50,679 nt of DNA, from the IMG/VR virus record IMGVR_UViG_3300033153_003782, positions 1 through 50,679 of that record, one strand, 5' to 3'. The position numbers were made by a program, and so were the translations under genes. The notes beneath the pieces were generated by a model. That model worked only from the letters and a program-made list of their open reading frames with translations, searched no databases and was not told the origin of the DNA. This DNA is from a virus. Its lineage: Duplodnaviria; Caudoviricetes. How positions within the stretch are numbered: position 1 is the stretch's first letter; each line of letters begins with the position of its first letter. Positions 34,876 to 44,793 of the stretch are shown here, piece by piece.

Positions 34876-36542
34876 TAAAACCCCCCTGTGTCTTGCATTT
34901 TGACGCCTGAAGGCATTGCGCCTTCTTGAGTAACGCCACCGTTAGTTCTATCTTCAATAATTAATTTTCCATTAGTGTCCTTCCCCTGTGCTGCTTGTGG
35001 GCTCTGTAACCTGGCGGCGGCATCTTCAGCGGCAAATCGTTTGCCCATTGCCGCCCACTTAGCCATAAACTCCGGCGACGCTGGAGTTTGCCCCGCTCTA
35101 CGCGCGGCCCTAGCGCTGGCTCGTTTCTGGTCCATTTCCTCGGGGGTGAAATCTGCGGGCGAGTCTAGAAATATGCGTGATATACCGGCACTTATAGTGC
35201 TGTTAAAATTCTTGAGGCTAAAACTATCAAAAGCGCGCTGAAGTGGCTGTATAAAGCCTTGGTCTATTTCGCCCATAGTCTCGACAAGTGCGTCCGGGAA
35301 AGCCTGCGCTACTCTTATCATGTCCTCAAAACCTTCGACAATAGCGGGAGTGTGTTTTACTACCCACTCGGTTGACCAGTCGACAAGCTCTTTAAACGGC
35401 CCGCCGCCTTTTCCAAATATACTTATTTTGAGTCCCTCGAAAGCGGACCCGAGTTTTAAAATACTGGCGTGAGTCGTTCCGCGCATTACGTCGGCCATTT
35501 CTTTAGTTTTCCCCGTGCTGTCTGTGAGCGCGTCGCGGTACGCTCTCAACTTATCCGTCCCAGTCTCTAAGATTGCACTTACCCCGGTAATGGCAATTTT
35601 TCCGAAAATTCCCTCTAAGACGGACGCGCGTTGCGCCTTGCCTAACTTGGCGGTGTTCTTTTCCAGCCGCCCGAATAAGCCCACAATATCAATTAGGTCG
35701 CCTTTTTCGTCTGTGACGTCTCCAATAAAACGGCTTACTAAACCCGTGGCCGCGCCTTTCTTGATCGCCTGTAGACGTAAAAACATGTTTTTTATAGCAG
35801 TACCGGCACGTGTGCCCTTGATACTTGAGTCCGCCATAACTCCCGTAAGCGCTGCGAAAGTTTCCATCGATTGCCCTGCGGACGTAACGTTAACAGCGCC
35901 GTCTTTCATTGTTTCAAAAAGTGTTTCCATATCGAGCGTGGCGCTTGTGGCCGTAGCCGTCAAAACGTCGTTAACTCGGGCTAAGTTTAGCGCCTGCTGT
36001 GCTGAGTCGTCGCTACGAAGTCCGAAGGCACCGAGCGCGTTTGTCGATATCTCCGTCGCCTTGGCGAGGTCTATGTTTGACGCGGTGGCTAAATCCACAA
36101 CGCCCGGAAGCGCTGCGATAGCTTGCTCAGCGTCAAAACCTGCAAGGGCCATAAACCCGAGCGCCTCGGCTGTTTGTGTGGCTGTAAATTCGGTAGTTTG
36201 CCCCGTCTTCATGGCGACGGCTTCGAGGTCTGCAAAGGCCTTAGTGCCCTTTCGGACCTCTCCGGGAAAACGGGCCGCGGCGTTTGTTATTTGCTGCTCG
36301 AATTCTGTACCTGCCCGTATTATGCTTACTAATCCCGCACCTATGGCCGCGGTGCCTGCAGCGCCCGCGATGCCGAATTTACGGTAGTGTTTCGTAAGCC
36401 CCTGGACCCTGCGGTCGAGGGTACGGACTCCGCGGGTCGCGGAACTCGTAAAACTGTTCATCCCTCTTTTCATGCTGCGAATAGCCGTCTTAGAGCCGTC
36501 TTTAACTTTAAAAACTGTGTCTATTACAAATCTATTCGCCAC
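34875..36542 (-). CDS. Tail tape measure protein (TP901-family core)
   Basis: TEFTATQTAEAL.FMA.AG, LPGV.DLA.A, IKG..AGT. Confidence 0.9.
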   Translation of the reverse strand: MANRFVIDTVFKVKDGSKTAIRSMKRGMNSFTSSATRGVRTLDRRVQGLTKHYRKFGIAGAAGTAAIGAGLVSIIRAGTEFEQQITNAAARFPGEVRKGTKAFADLEAVAMKTGQTTEFTATQTAEALGFMALAGFDAEQAIAALPGVVDLATASNIDLAKATEISTNALGAFGLRSDDSAQQALNLARVNDVLTATATSATLDMETLFETMKDGAVNVTSAGQSMETFAALTGVMADSSIKGTRAGTAIKNMFLRLQAIKKGAATGLVSRFIGDVTDEKGDLIDIVGLFGRLEKNTAKLGKAQRASVLEGIFGKIAITGVSAILETGTDKLRAYRDALTDSTGKTKEMADVMRGTTHASILKLGSAFEGLKISIFGKGGGPFKELVDWSTEWVVKHTPAIVEGFEDMIRVAQAFPDALVETMGEIDQGFIQPLQRAFDSFSLKNFNSTISAGISRIFLDSPADFTPEEMDQKRASARAARRAGQTPASPEFMAKWAAMGKRFAAEDAAARLQSPQAAQGKDTNGKLIIEDRTNGGVTQEGAMPSGVKMQDTGGF

Positions 36543-36755
36543 GATTACAATTCCTCTTTAATTCGGGGATTAATCCCACATAAAAATACCTTATCTCACT
36601 GCAGCTCATCGTCCGCACATCTGGTAAAGCGGTGTAGTACCGGGAAATCTGTAAGATCATTACCCGATACACCTCCCCCCGCGTATTACCATACCGGAGC
36701 GGGGTTAGTCCTCCGCCAGCGTCTACCAGACACGAACGGACTAAGCCATAAAAAG
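36532..36755 (-). CDS. Tail assembly chaperone C-terminal extension (gpT-like), probably reached by -1 frameshift
   Basis: Open -1 frame overlapping the chaperone 3' end; LPDVRTM...EIRYFY. Confidence 0.55.
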
Positions 36756-37142
36756 CTGAAAAATAGCCTTGCAAACTTTTAAACTTGACTGGGGCATACT
36801 CGCGAAAGTCTTAGAAGTCGCGACGCCTTCGGACAAAGCAGCTAGACCGGTAAAAACTCGTTGATTTCCGCCACCGCCGACGCTGTCCATTTGTAGCAAG
36901 TCCGCGCCCTTGGGCTCTCTGAAAGTTATCGGCGTGTCGGTTTTACTGAATACCGGCTGGCTTTTTTCGTCGAAACTTAAGTCCCCCTTCATTATGGCGC
37001 GGACTATTATATACTTAACCGCTTCGTGCCCGGCTTTGTCGTCGTCGTCCATATTCGAGACGTCGTTGTCAATGTCAAACGCGTCACAAAAATTCTCGTA
37101 CTCTTGTTCAGCTACTTCTTTAACTACTTTAAATTCTTTCAT
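36741..37142 (-). CDS. Tail assembly chaperone (gpG-like; start MKEFKVV)
   Basis: Between tube and tape measure genes; REPKGADL motif. Confidence 0.75.
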   Translation of the reverse strand: MKEFKVVKEVAEQEYENFCDAFDIDNDVSNMDDDDKAGHEAVKYIIVRAIMKGDLSFDEKSQPVFSKTDTPITFREPKGADLLQMDSVGGGGNQRVFTGLAALSEGVATSKTFASMPQSSLKVCKAIFQLFMA

Positions 37143-37235
37143 TTTTGTTTCCCTATTTGAAAGAAATGTCGCGCACCGCCGAAGCGGCCGAAGGTAAGGG
37201 AAGGAACCGCGCAACAAATCAAAAACCCTAATATA

Positions 37236-37616
37236 TTACTGCTTGGTTAGGATACCTGGACCGGATAGCGCCACAGAGCCGGTCGTCGCCGCACTACTGA
37301 CTTCTATTGCTTCCGTTGGGCATCCGGTGCCTTGGTAAACGTCGCCGCTTGTGAACTCCACAGCTATCGGAAAAAAATCTTTTTCGTCCGCTAGTGCTTG
37401 CAAGAATTCTTGGTCACCTTTGTTGTCGTCTACTGCTAAGGCCAAGCCCGAGACCACCCACGCAACGCGGGTCATAATCTTACGGGCCGAGCCGTCACCG
37501 TTCGGCTGTACTTCGTTTTCAAATCCGCCAAGTTTCCGCGTCGCGTCCGCGTCCGCGGCTACTGCGAATAAGCGACCTTTTAAAGATACGCTGACTATCG
37601 GTCCACCTACTGACAT
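37236..37616 (-). CDS. Tail tube protein
   Basis: Follows sheath gene; GGAGG SD; size and beta-rich composition. Confidence 0.7.
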   Translation of the reverse strand: MSVGGPIVSVSLKGRLFAVAADADATRKLGGFENEVQPNGDGSARKIMTRVAWVVSGLALAVDDNKGDQEFLQALADEKDFFPIAVEFTSGDVYQGTGCPTEAIEVSSAATTGSVALSGPGILTKQ

Positions 37617-37631
37617 AATAAAGCCCTCCTA

Positions 37632-39128
37632 TTAAGCTATGAACGGCGCAACGCCGAAGTTAAAACCAAAATTATTATCGATTGAGATAATATTTGTATT
37701 GCCGGAAAGCTTCCAAGTAACAGCGAGGTCTAGGCGTTTTGGGTTAGACCCATTAATGCCTGCAACTATACTGTCCTTTACAAACTTGGGGTCTGCTATT
37801 AAAGCCTCATTTCCGAGCTTATCGACAAGTGACGCCACTTCAGCGACGGCCATAGACGGCTTTTTCGCGTCTGGGTTGGTTGTCGGCTGGTTGTCTGGAA
37901 TTAATGGCGCGCCGTCCCATTCCACGCTGTTAAAAATCAAATCTAAGTTAAAGATTATATTTTGCAGCTTTACAATGTCCACGACATAACGGTAGGCCGG
38001 TACTGGCTCGCCCGTTGGATGATAAAAAGTGACCGTGTCGGCTAGGTTGACCACGCTGTCCTTCACAACAATAGAACTTGAGCCCTTCTTTATTGCTTCG
38101 TCACGTTCCGCGTAGTCCCACTGGTCCTCGTCTGAGCCTGGGGTAAGGCCTGAGGCGTCACGGCTGCCGTAATCACTAGCGGGTTTACTATTAGCCACAA
38201 TAACAACGCGCGAAAGCTCGCGAGCGGCTACAACTAGGGGCAAGTCAAAGCTACCCGGTGATACTAGCTGACAATTTGTACGATCCGTCGGTCTAGCGTC
38301 TGACACGGTTGTGGCTGTGCCGACGTCGGCTATAGTGTTTCCTGTAAATACTACTAGTGGCTTTTTAGTTAAAGCCCCCCAGCGACCTTCGCCGAAAGTA
38401 GAATACTTTGACAGGGTAGCCGTGTCCGCGATGTCAAGGCAATTTAATACCATAGTCTCCCAAATATCGCCGATCTTGTTGATAGCGTCGTCAACGTCTG
38501 GGTTAACCAGTCCGCCGGCGGCTTGAGTGATAGCAAAAACATTGCCTGCAGTCGTGGAGCCTTCGACGGCCACGAGAATATCGTTCGCGCTTACGCCTTC
38601 CCATTTCGAGGTGAAAGTAAGTTCCGTGACACCATCAACAGCAATAATAGGCATGGCTAAAACTGCGTTTATGGCGGTAGTCATTGCCGTAACGACCTGC
38701 GCCACAGTGGCCGCGGCGTCGATGACGAAGGGCTCGGATAAAATATTATTAACATTAACCCGGTACGACTCCGCTCTAGTAGCCGACCCAGACGGGGTGA
38801 TATCCCCTGCAGAAGCTACGCCGCTGGCGTCGTCCTCCATCGGGTAGACAGTAACCGGAATAGACCCGACGCCGTCGCCATTGATTGGGAACATTTGGAG
38901 CGCTGTTAAGTGAATAGGCGAGCCAAAACCGTAAGTTATGCCGGCTTCGTTCGCGCTTGTAATTTGGTTTTTGTCGAGGCTGTAACTAGCCGCCGTCGAG
39001 CCTTGACCGATAAGCGCGACGCGCTGCGGTAGTAAGAAAAGTGAACTCGTGTTCAAATTCTTAAATATTGTTTCTATGCCGACTACTCGCGCTACTGCGG
39101 AAGCGGCGACAGCGTTGGAAATTGCCAT
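37632..39128 (-). CDS. Tail sheath protein (Mu gpL-like; start MAISNAV)
   Basis: YGFGSP.H, LT..SKW.G...N, NP.RLD; AAGGAG SD. Confidence 0.88.
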   Translation of the reverse strand: MAISNAVAASAVARVVGIETIFKNLNTSSLFLLPQRVALIGQGSTAASYSLDKNQITSANEAGITYGFGSPIHLTALQMFPINGDGVGSIPVTVYPMEDDASGVASAGDITPSGSATRAESYRVNVNNILSEPFVIDAAATVAQVVTAMTTAINAVLAMPIIAVDGVTELTFTSKWEGVSANDILVAVEGSTTAGNVFAITQAAGGLVNPDVDDAINKIGDIWETMVLNCLDIADTATLSKYSTFGEGRWGALTKKPLVVFTGNTIADVGTATTVSDARPTDRTNCQLVSPGSFDLPLVVAARELSRVVIVANSKPASDYGSRDASGLTPGSDEDQWDYAERDEAIKKGSSSIVVKDSVVNLADTVTFYHPTGEPVPAYRYVVDIVKLQNIIFNLDLIFNSVEWDGAPLIPDNQPTTNPDAKKPSMAVAEVASLVDKLGNEALIADPKFVKDSIVAGINGSNPKRLDLAVTWKLSGNTNIISIDNNFGFNFGVAPFIA

Positions 39129-39204
39129 GTTACTTACTCCTTTGTTTTTTCTTCCGTGTAGCAAAGCTACGAGGTTGTTTATTGTACACGTTCAAACGTG
39201 TTTT

Positions 39205-39516
39205 TTAAAGTTCTAAAGCTTCTAATCTTTTGGCGAGGTCCCAGTCTAAATTGAGGGAGTTTAGCCCCGCCATTACGTCCGGGGGAAGTACCGCGCCGTG
39301 TTCCATAGCTGTAATAGCATGGCGCGGGCTACATTCAAGCCCCAATTCAAGGCCCCTGTCTATAAGTTCCTGCGCCGTGTCAAAGACTTCCACCATGTGC
39401 CGGCTTGTTACTTTATTTGTCGTAAAATCCCCCGCCATAAACTGCCCCCCGCAATGGATGAGGACGTACTTATTGTCTAGTACTAAATCTGTTTCTGTGC
39501 TGTGGTCGCATATCAT
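39205..39516 (-). CDS. Hypothetical protein coupled to the BspA-fusion gene (start MICDHS)
   Basis: ATGA overlap with the stop at 39513. Confidence 0.55.
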   Translation of the reverse strand: MICDHSTETDLVLDNKYVLIHCGGQFMAGDFTTNKVTSRHMVEVFDTAQELIDRGLELGLECSPRHAITAMEHGAVLPPDVMAGLNSLNLDWDLAKRLEALEL

Positions 39517-41588
39517 ACCGCTATGTCCCCAATAATATTCCATAATGGCGGCGCGCTGGTTAGTGTGTTTCTGTCCGCGCTCGGCGATGTGTAGATCATA
39601 TTTAAGGCTCCTAAAGTAACACCAACTTTGACCGTTTGGCCCGCGCACATAGCCAGGTAATTATCGTAATTCGTCTGCGACAGCCCGCTATCGTCGAGCA
39701 TGTTCGACATGTCCGCGACGTTGCCCACGTTCCAGCCTGTAAGGTTTTGGTTAAACGATGTCGCGCCCTTGAGCATCCAAGACATATTGGTAACGTTGGA
39801 CATGTTCCAGCCGCTAAGGTCTTGATTGAATGCCGAAGCGCCGGAGAGAATAAAGCTGGCATCTACTAACGAGTTAGTAACCCACATACTAATGTCTTGG
39901 TTGAACGTCTGGCTACCCAGCATAGCGTGCATGGTAACCATGCTGGAAACATCCCATAAATTTAATGGCTGGTTGTATGCGTTGGCACCGGCGAAAACGT
40001 GGTTGGCGGTCACGACGTTGCCGACGTCCCATGAATTTACATTCTGATTAAATATCGTGCAGCTTCTAAGCATGCCGCCTATATTTGTGGCGCTGCTCAT
40101 GTCCCAGACGCCTATAGGACGATTGAATACTGAGTTTCCGAAAAACATTTGATTAAAGTTTGTAACGTTCCCGACGTTCCAGCCCTCTAGGCCTATCCCG
40201 GTAAACGCCGTGCACCCAAAGAACATATTTACAACGCTAGTGACTGCGGACATATCCCACTGCGACACGTCCCCTGCCATTAGAACACAATTTAAGAAAG
40301 TACTATCTAAATTAGTCCCTGTAATAGTGGGGGTGTTATTGGCCGGTACGCTCCATACCATATTAGCGCAGCCACGCCATACGCTATTAAGGGGTATTCT
40401 AAAATCCGGGCCTAAACTGATCTTTTCGATTAGCTTGCTTTTATCGCCGAGGTTGTCGTATCTCCAGTCGTCTATTGTTCCGGAAATTCGAACCGTTTCG
40501 ACTCCACCCGGTCCGTAATCGTGGGTGTTAGAGTTGTTTACATTTCCGTCGCCCCAGTTCACAAGATTTCCGGCGTTCGGCGTAAATGGTAGGACTAATT
40601 GACCTGAAGGGCTGCCCGCTAGAGTAGTGTCGAAAATTGCCTCGAAATTAGGTTGTATAAAAATATTATTGCTGCTCTCTTCGGGGTCGCTTAGACCCGT
40701 AGGGTTACTGGCCGTTACTTCAGATTTAATCTCGGCTCCTGCGTCAGCTTCCACTGTAGTGTATGACTTACCAGTGGCGCCGGCTATCGGAACACCATCT
40801 CTAAGCCACTGGTAAAAATACGATGTGGGCTCATCGCTCCAAGTTCCGTTAGCGGTTTCGAGCTTTGAATCTTCAGCGCCTACACCACTAACCACGGGCG
40901 CCACGGTATTGACTGGCGCGGACGGGTCGTAATCGTATTCGGCTTCGAGGAAAATTTCACCATCTTCCCGTCTGAAAACTGTAATGTGTACTATCTCTAA
41001 TGGTTCGCCTATGTACTGCGGCGAGGATTCCACAAAATCGACAGCGAAGGCTATACGCCCCGCGATTACCTGCTCGACGCTGTTCGTCTCCTGGTCGGGC
41101 TGTAAAGTCTCAATAGATTGCGGCCAGCGAAGGGTAACAACGCCGCGCAACTGTAAAAAAGTGTTTATCGATGCCATTAAGATATTTCTAACGAGTCGTA
41201 GCGCGCGGTGCGCTTCGAGCGCTGCGTCTTTGTCTCCGGGTTGGTGTCCGTTGGCCGTGTCGGAACTCACGCCCCGGGCGTAGCAATCGATATTAAAAAT
41301 GCCGTTTGCTTTCTGCTCGTCCACGACGCCACGCGCCGAAGACTTGTCAAAATTGCTTGTGCTATACCAAACATTTATAACCGGGCGATGATCGTCGCCG
41401 GATAGGTTTTCCCAAGGGTTGGACCGTTCGGTAAAGATACGCAAATCCCACAAAGCGGGGTCTTTATTCGCCGCAGTGGCTAAGGCCATTTGATTTACTA
41501 CTTCGGTCTTAAGTATGCCCGCTATTTGGTCCCGGATAATTTCAAAATTATCTTGCTTGTCGATAAGTTGCTGCAAAACATCAGTCAT
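39513..41588 (-). CDS. Tail completion/terminator-like domain fused to Ig-like and BspA/DUF285 repeat domains
   Basis: Position before sheath; APVNTVAP..YQWLRDG..I.GAT Ig motif; repeated FNQ.l..Wdvs.vt.m..Mf units. Confidence 0.75.
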   Translation of the reverse strand: MTDVLQQLIDKQDNFEIIRDQIAGILKTEVVNQMALATAANKDPALWDLRIFTERSNPWENLSGDDHRPVINVWYSTSNFDKSSARGVVDEQKANGIFNIDCYARGVSSDTANGHQPGDKDAALEAHRALRLVRNILMASINTFLQLRGVVTLRWPQSIETLQPDQETNSVEQVIAGRIAFAVDFVESSPQYIGEPLEIVHITVFRREDGEIFLEAEYDYDPSAPVNTVAPVVSGVGAEDSKLETANGTWSDEPTSYFYQWLRDGVPIAGATGKSYTTVEADAGAEIKSEVTASNPTGLSDPEESSNNIFIQPNFEAIFDTTLAGSPSGQLVLPFTPNAGNLVNWGDGNVNNSNTHDYGPGGVETVRISGTIDDWRYDNLGDKSKLIEKISLGPDFRIPLNSVWRGCANMVWSVPANNTPTITGTNLDSTFLNCVLMAGDVSQWDMSAVTSVVNMFFGCTAFTGIGLEGWNVGNVTNFNQMFFGNSVFNRPIGVWDMSSATNIGGMLRSCTIFNQNVNSWDVGNVVTANHVFAGANAYNQPLNLWDVSSMVTMHAMLGSQTFNQDISMWVTNSLVDASFILSGASAFNQDLSGWNMSNVTNMSWMLKGATSFNQNLTGWNVGNVADMSNMLDDSGLSQTNYDNYLAMCAGQTVKVGVTLGALNMIYTSPSADRNTLTSAPPLWNIIGDIAV

Positions 41589-41959
41589 ACCGTGTAAGCT
41601 TCCAACATTAAGGATATGACGCCGAGGCCTCTATCCGGGTTAGTTACTGAGACTTTAAAAGTGTATGGGTTCCCGTTAATATCGTCAAATTTCACAAGCC
41701 ACGGCTTGCTGCTGCTGTTCGCGATACCTTCCGGCGTTCCTATCTTAAGCGATGAACTACGAAGCGCCACAGACGCGGCCCGCCCCATTACCAGCTGCCC
41801 GGTATCGGGGTCGATGATCTGGGAAATGTCGACGCTCCACCCGACCATGTCCTGAGACACTCCGTCAGGATTAGTAAGTCGTATTTCCCAGCCACCGCCG
41901 CGGACGTTATCCTCCAGGATGGAAGATAGGTCCTTTTCTGCTGCGCTTCGCAAGTTCAT
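41585..41959 (-). CDS. Head-tail joining protein
   Basis: Position; DI...IDPDTG..V.GR.ASV. Confidence 0.55.
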   Translation of the reverse strand: MNLRSAAEKDLSSILEDNVRGGGWEIRLTNPDGVSQDMVGWSVDISQIIDPDTGQLVMGRAASVALRSSSLKIGTPEGIANSSSKPWLVKFDDINGNPYTFKVSVTNPDRGLGVISLMLEAYTV

Positions 41960-42141
41960 TACTTAGATTTCTTAGGCTCTTTGTATTCGCACACATAACC
42001 CTTTTTTACTAAGTTTTGTAACGTCTGTTCGCCGTTGGCTTTAAAACAGCTCGCGCTGATTTCGTCACCCGGTGAAAGGACTTTACAGCCGGCGACAATT
42101 GACTTGCCTTCTGCAACCACTAATTTTTTAGAATCAGCCAT
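41959..42141 (-). CDS. Small capsid-associated protein (gpFI-like position; start MADSKK)
   Basis: GGAG SD; PGDEI...LVKKG. Confidence 0.55.
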   Translation of the reverse strand: MADSKKLVVAEGKSIVAGCKVLSPGDEISASCFKANGEQTLQNLVKKGYVCEYKEPKKSK

Positions 42142-42145
42142 TTTT

Positions 42146-43240
42146 TTAAATCTCCGTGTCAAGGCAAGCGATCGAGTCGATAGCCGTTGGAATTAATAGA
42201 GGACGTGTTCCGGCTTCACCCATAAGGCTGGCCCCGTCTTCAGTGATCCACGTATTCGTGGATAGATCAATGCTCGCCGTAGAGCTTGAGATACGGGAAG
42301 GGATCTCAGACAATAGCGGGGCGTTATTCCCGAGGATACGGCCGATATTAGGAATGCTTCCGAAAGTGGCGTCAAGACGTCCCGCGGTAGATCTCATAAT
42401 AACTTTGTCAGGCTCTACAAACTGGGTACTTACGCCGGTTTGCTGGTGCTTGTATCGCGCGCCGTATGTAAGTAGGTCAAACTTGTAATTGCCGAGGTCG
42501 ATAGTGCCGCGGAAGTTCGCGCCGCCAGTTCCACCGGTAGCCATTGGATTAATAGCGCCTAAGTTGATTCTTCTGTTGTCCATGCGAGACGCGAAGTCAG
42601 CGTCTTTCATAGCATTTTCAAAAGCGCCAACGCCCATTATAATTTGGTCTGGGTCCATTAACGAGTCGTTACGAATAACATCGGCAAGTGCGATTAAATC
42701 GTCAACGATTGTAGCCGAACCACCGGACCAGCTGTTACCAGTAGTCGGGAAGTGGCTTGACTTTGGTTTGTAGTCCACCGTGAACAGAGTTGCACCGTTT
42801 GCGTCGATAAGTGTAACCGTACCGGTCTGTAAGACCTGTGACGCTTGCAGCTCTACGGCGCGGGCAATTTTCTTGCTTACCTTAGACATAGTTTTCATGA
42901 ACTTCTTTACTAGGTTAGCTCTGAATACTGGGCTTTGGAATGGGTTGTCACCCGGTTGGCGATTAATTAGCTCAAAAGAATCAATTGCCGCCGCTTCCCT
43001 GTGGGCCGGTGCCACGAATTCTTTGTTTGTGTACAAGTTGGCGCCGTTAAGTCTGGCACCTTCTGACATATTTGTGAGACCGATTGAAACGTCTTCGCCT
43101 TCGCGTTCGATGTCAATCTCGATAGACTTACTATCGTAAAAGTTCTCGCGCGGAGCTCTAAAAAGGCTCGTTAGGAACATTACGACGGCGCCCGTCTCTA
43201 GGTATGCGGTGAGCATTTTCTTAGTTGCTTTTGTAGACAT
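42146..43240 (-). CDS. Major capsid protein, lambda gpE family
   Basis: Follows decoration gene; R..E.QA.Q.L.TG, RPLLIP. Confidence 0.88.
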   Translation of the reverse strand: MSTKATKKMLTAYLETGAVVMFLTSLFRAPRENFYDSKSIEIDIEREGEDVSIGLTNMSEGARLNGANLYTNKEFVAPAHREAAAIDSFELINRQPGDNPFQSPVFRANLVKKFMKTMSKVSKKIARAVELQASQVLQTGTVTLIDANGATLFTVDYKPKSSHFPTTGNSWSGGSATIVDDLIALADVIRNDSLMDPDQIIMGVGAFENAMKDADFASRMDNRRINLGAINPMATGGTGGANFRGTIDLGNYKFDLLTYGARYKHQQTGVSTQFVEPDKVIMRSTAGRLDATFGSIPNIGRILGNNAPLLSEIPSRISSSTASIDLSTNTWITEDGASLMGEAGTRPLLIPTAIDSIACLDTEI

Positions 43241-43256
43241 TTAAAATACTCCTTTA

Positions 43257-43655
43257 TTATTGGTTGTCTAAGGCGGAAAGTTCCGCAACGTCTAAGGCCA
43301 CAATGCCGTAGTCGCGTAGCTGGTCGAGTACGACCGCGTCGATATTGCTATCGTCACCATCGGCAAGAATAATCAAACGACCTTTTTCGACATTACCCGC
43401 GACACAAGGTCTTGCAGGTAGATCGCCGGCGCCAGTAGCGGTGAGGTCTTCGATTAGTACAGCTTTTGGGACTTCAGCCCCACCCGCGCCACCTTTGACG
43501 AAAGCGACAAGCTTATCAGTCGCAGTAAGACGAGCCAAGATTGTGCCAGCCGCGTAAGTGGCCGCACCGGTAAAAGTCACGACGTCGTCGCGAAATTCGT
43601 TGTCTTTTATGACGACCGTACCGGTGTCAACATTTGTGATAATTGGGTCAGCCAT
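43257..43655 (-). CDS. Head decoration protein (gpD-like)
   Basis: AGTILA, P.AVL, LR..GI. Confidence 0.78.
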   Translation of the reverse strand: MADPIITNVDTGTVVIKDNEFRDDVVTFTGAATYAAGTILARLTATDKLVAFVKGGAGGAEVPKAVLIEDLTATGAGDLPARPCVAGNVEKGRLIILADGDDSNIDAVVLDQLRDYGIVALDVAELSALDNQ

Positions 43656-43657
43656 GA

Positions 43658-44791
43658 TTATTCGAGCCCCATTTCATCGGCTACAATAGCCATTGTGTCC
43701 TTTTCGAGGACGTCCGAGGCATCAACCTTGCCGTCGTCGCTGCCAGAATCAAGAGACTTGTCGTCATCCTTGCGGGCTTGGACGTCAGCGCTATTCATAC
43801 CCGCGGCCATGTAAGTGGCTTGGATTGTTGCGGTCATTTCTGAGCCTTCAGTAACGGCTTTCATGGCTGTGTCCATATCGCCCGAAGTTTTACCCATAAT
43901 TAAATGGGCTCCGGCGCGGTCGCGTTCGGAAAGAATGCCCTCTTGTCTCGCCGCGGCGAACACATTCGGGTGTTCTAGTTTTAATTTTGCTAGATCCATT
44001 GCTTGAATCTCCATTTTAGTTCCGCCGCTGGCGGCTTTGTTATTTGGTTTGGCTGTGACGGTACTTATCCCGTCGACCATTCCGGCTTTTATAGCTGCTT
44101 CGGCTAAGAGTATACCACCCTGTCCAAAATCAGCTATAACATTCTGTGACGTTACGCCGCGACCTTCCGCGACGGTGTCAATAAAAATCTTTTCCATTGC
44201 GTCGAGTTTTTCCCGCACAACTTCGCGCCCCTCTTCGGTGGTAACGTCTGGGCGTTTCTTCGGCGCGTTACTGCTCGTTATCGACGTTACGCCCTTGTCG
44301 GCTTTCATCATACCCACAACACCAATCGAGCCAAACTGACTTAATTCATTTTGCGCTATAATCTCGCTCGCCTGTGATGCAAGCCCGAAAGCTGCCGACG
44401 CGGCCATATTGCCAACGCGAGCCGTTACGGTTTTACTCGAAGCGGCTACGGCTTTCATAGTGTCGAGCCATTCGGCCGACGCTTGCCCACCTGGGCTGTC
44501 GATAGCTAAATCGATAGACTTAATGCTCGGGTCACTGTTGGCCATTGCCAAAGACGTCCGTATATCTTTATAAGTGGTATTTCCACCACCCATTAACATA
44601 GCCATAAAACTAGGTCTATCAGTAATTACACCGCGGACGTCAATACTTGCAACGTTGCCGGCCACTGACATAATGCGCGGGGCGCCGCCGTCGACTTCAC
44701 CGAAGTGCGCCGCGTGCGTTTCCTCCTGTTCGACCGTTGCGGCCGTGGCGTTCTGTAAACGCTCGTCAATTTCTGTATTTAAAAACCACAT
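43658..44791 (-). CDS. S49 family head maturation protease with C-terminal scaffold domain
   Basis: IDSPGG, MAASAA, GSIGV, FI..VA.GR, G.VD. Confidence 0.9.
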   Translation of the reverse strand: MWFLNTEIDERLQNATAATVEQEETHAAHFGEVDGGAPRIMSVAGNVASIDVRGVITDRPSFMAMLMGGGNTTYKDIRTSLAMANSDPSIKSIDLAIDSPGGQASAEWLDTMKAVAASSKTVTARVGNMAASAAFGLASQASEIIAQNELSQFGSIGVVGMMKADKGVTSITSSNAPKKRPDVTTEEGREVVREKLDAMEKIFIDTVAEGRGVTSQNVIADFGQGGILLAEAAIKAGMVDGISTVTAKPNNKAASGGTKMEIQAMDLAKLKLEHPNVFAAARQEGILSERDRAGAHLIMGKTSGDMDTAMKAVTEGSEMTATIQATYMAAGMNSADVQARKDDDKSLDSGSDDGKVDASDVLEKDTMAIVADEMGLE

Positions 44792-44793
44792 AA

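Noticed and set aside
35515-36387. Long + strand ORF (290 aa) and similar antisense ORFs such as 19592..20068 and 20509..20928
   Set aside because: Shadow frames of well-supported genes on the opposite strand
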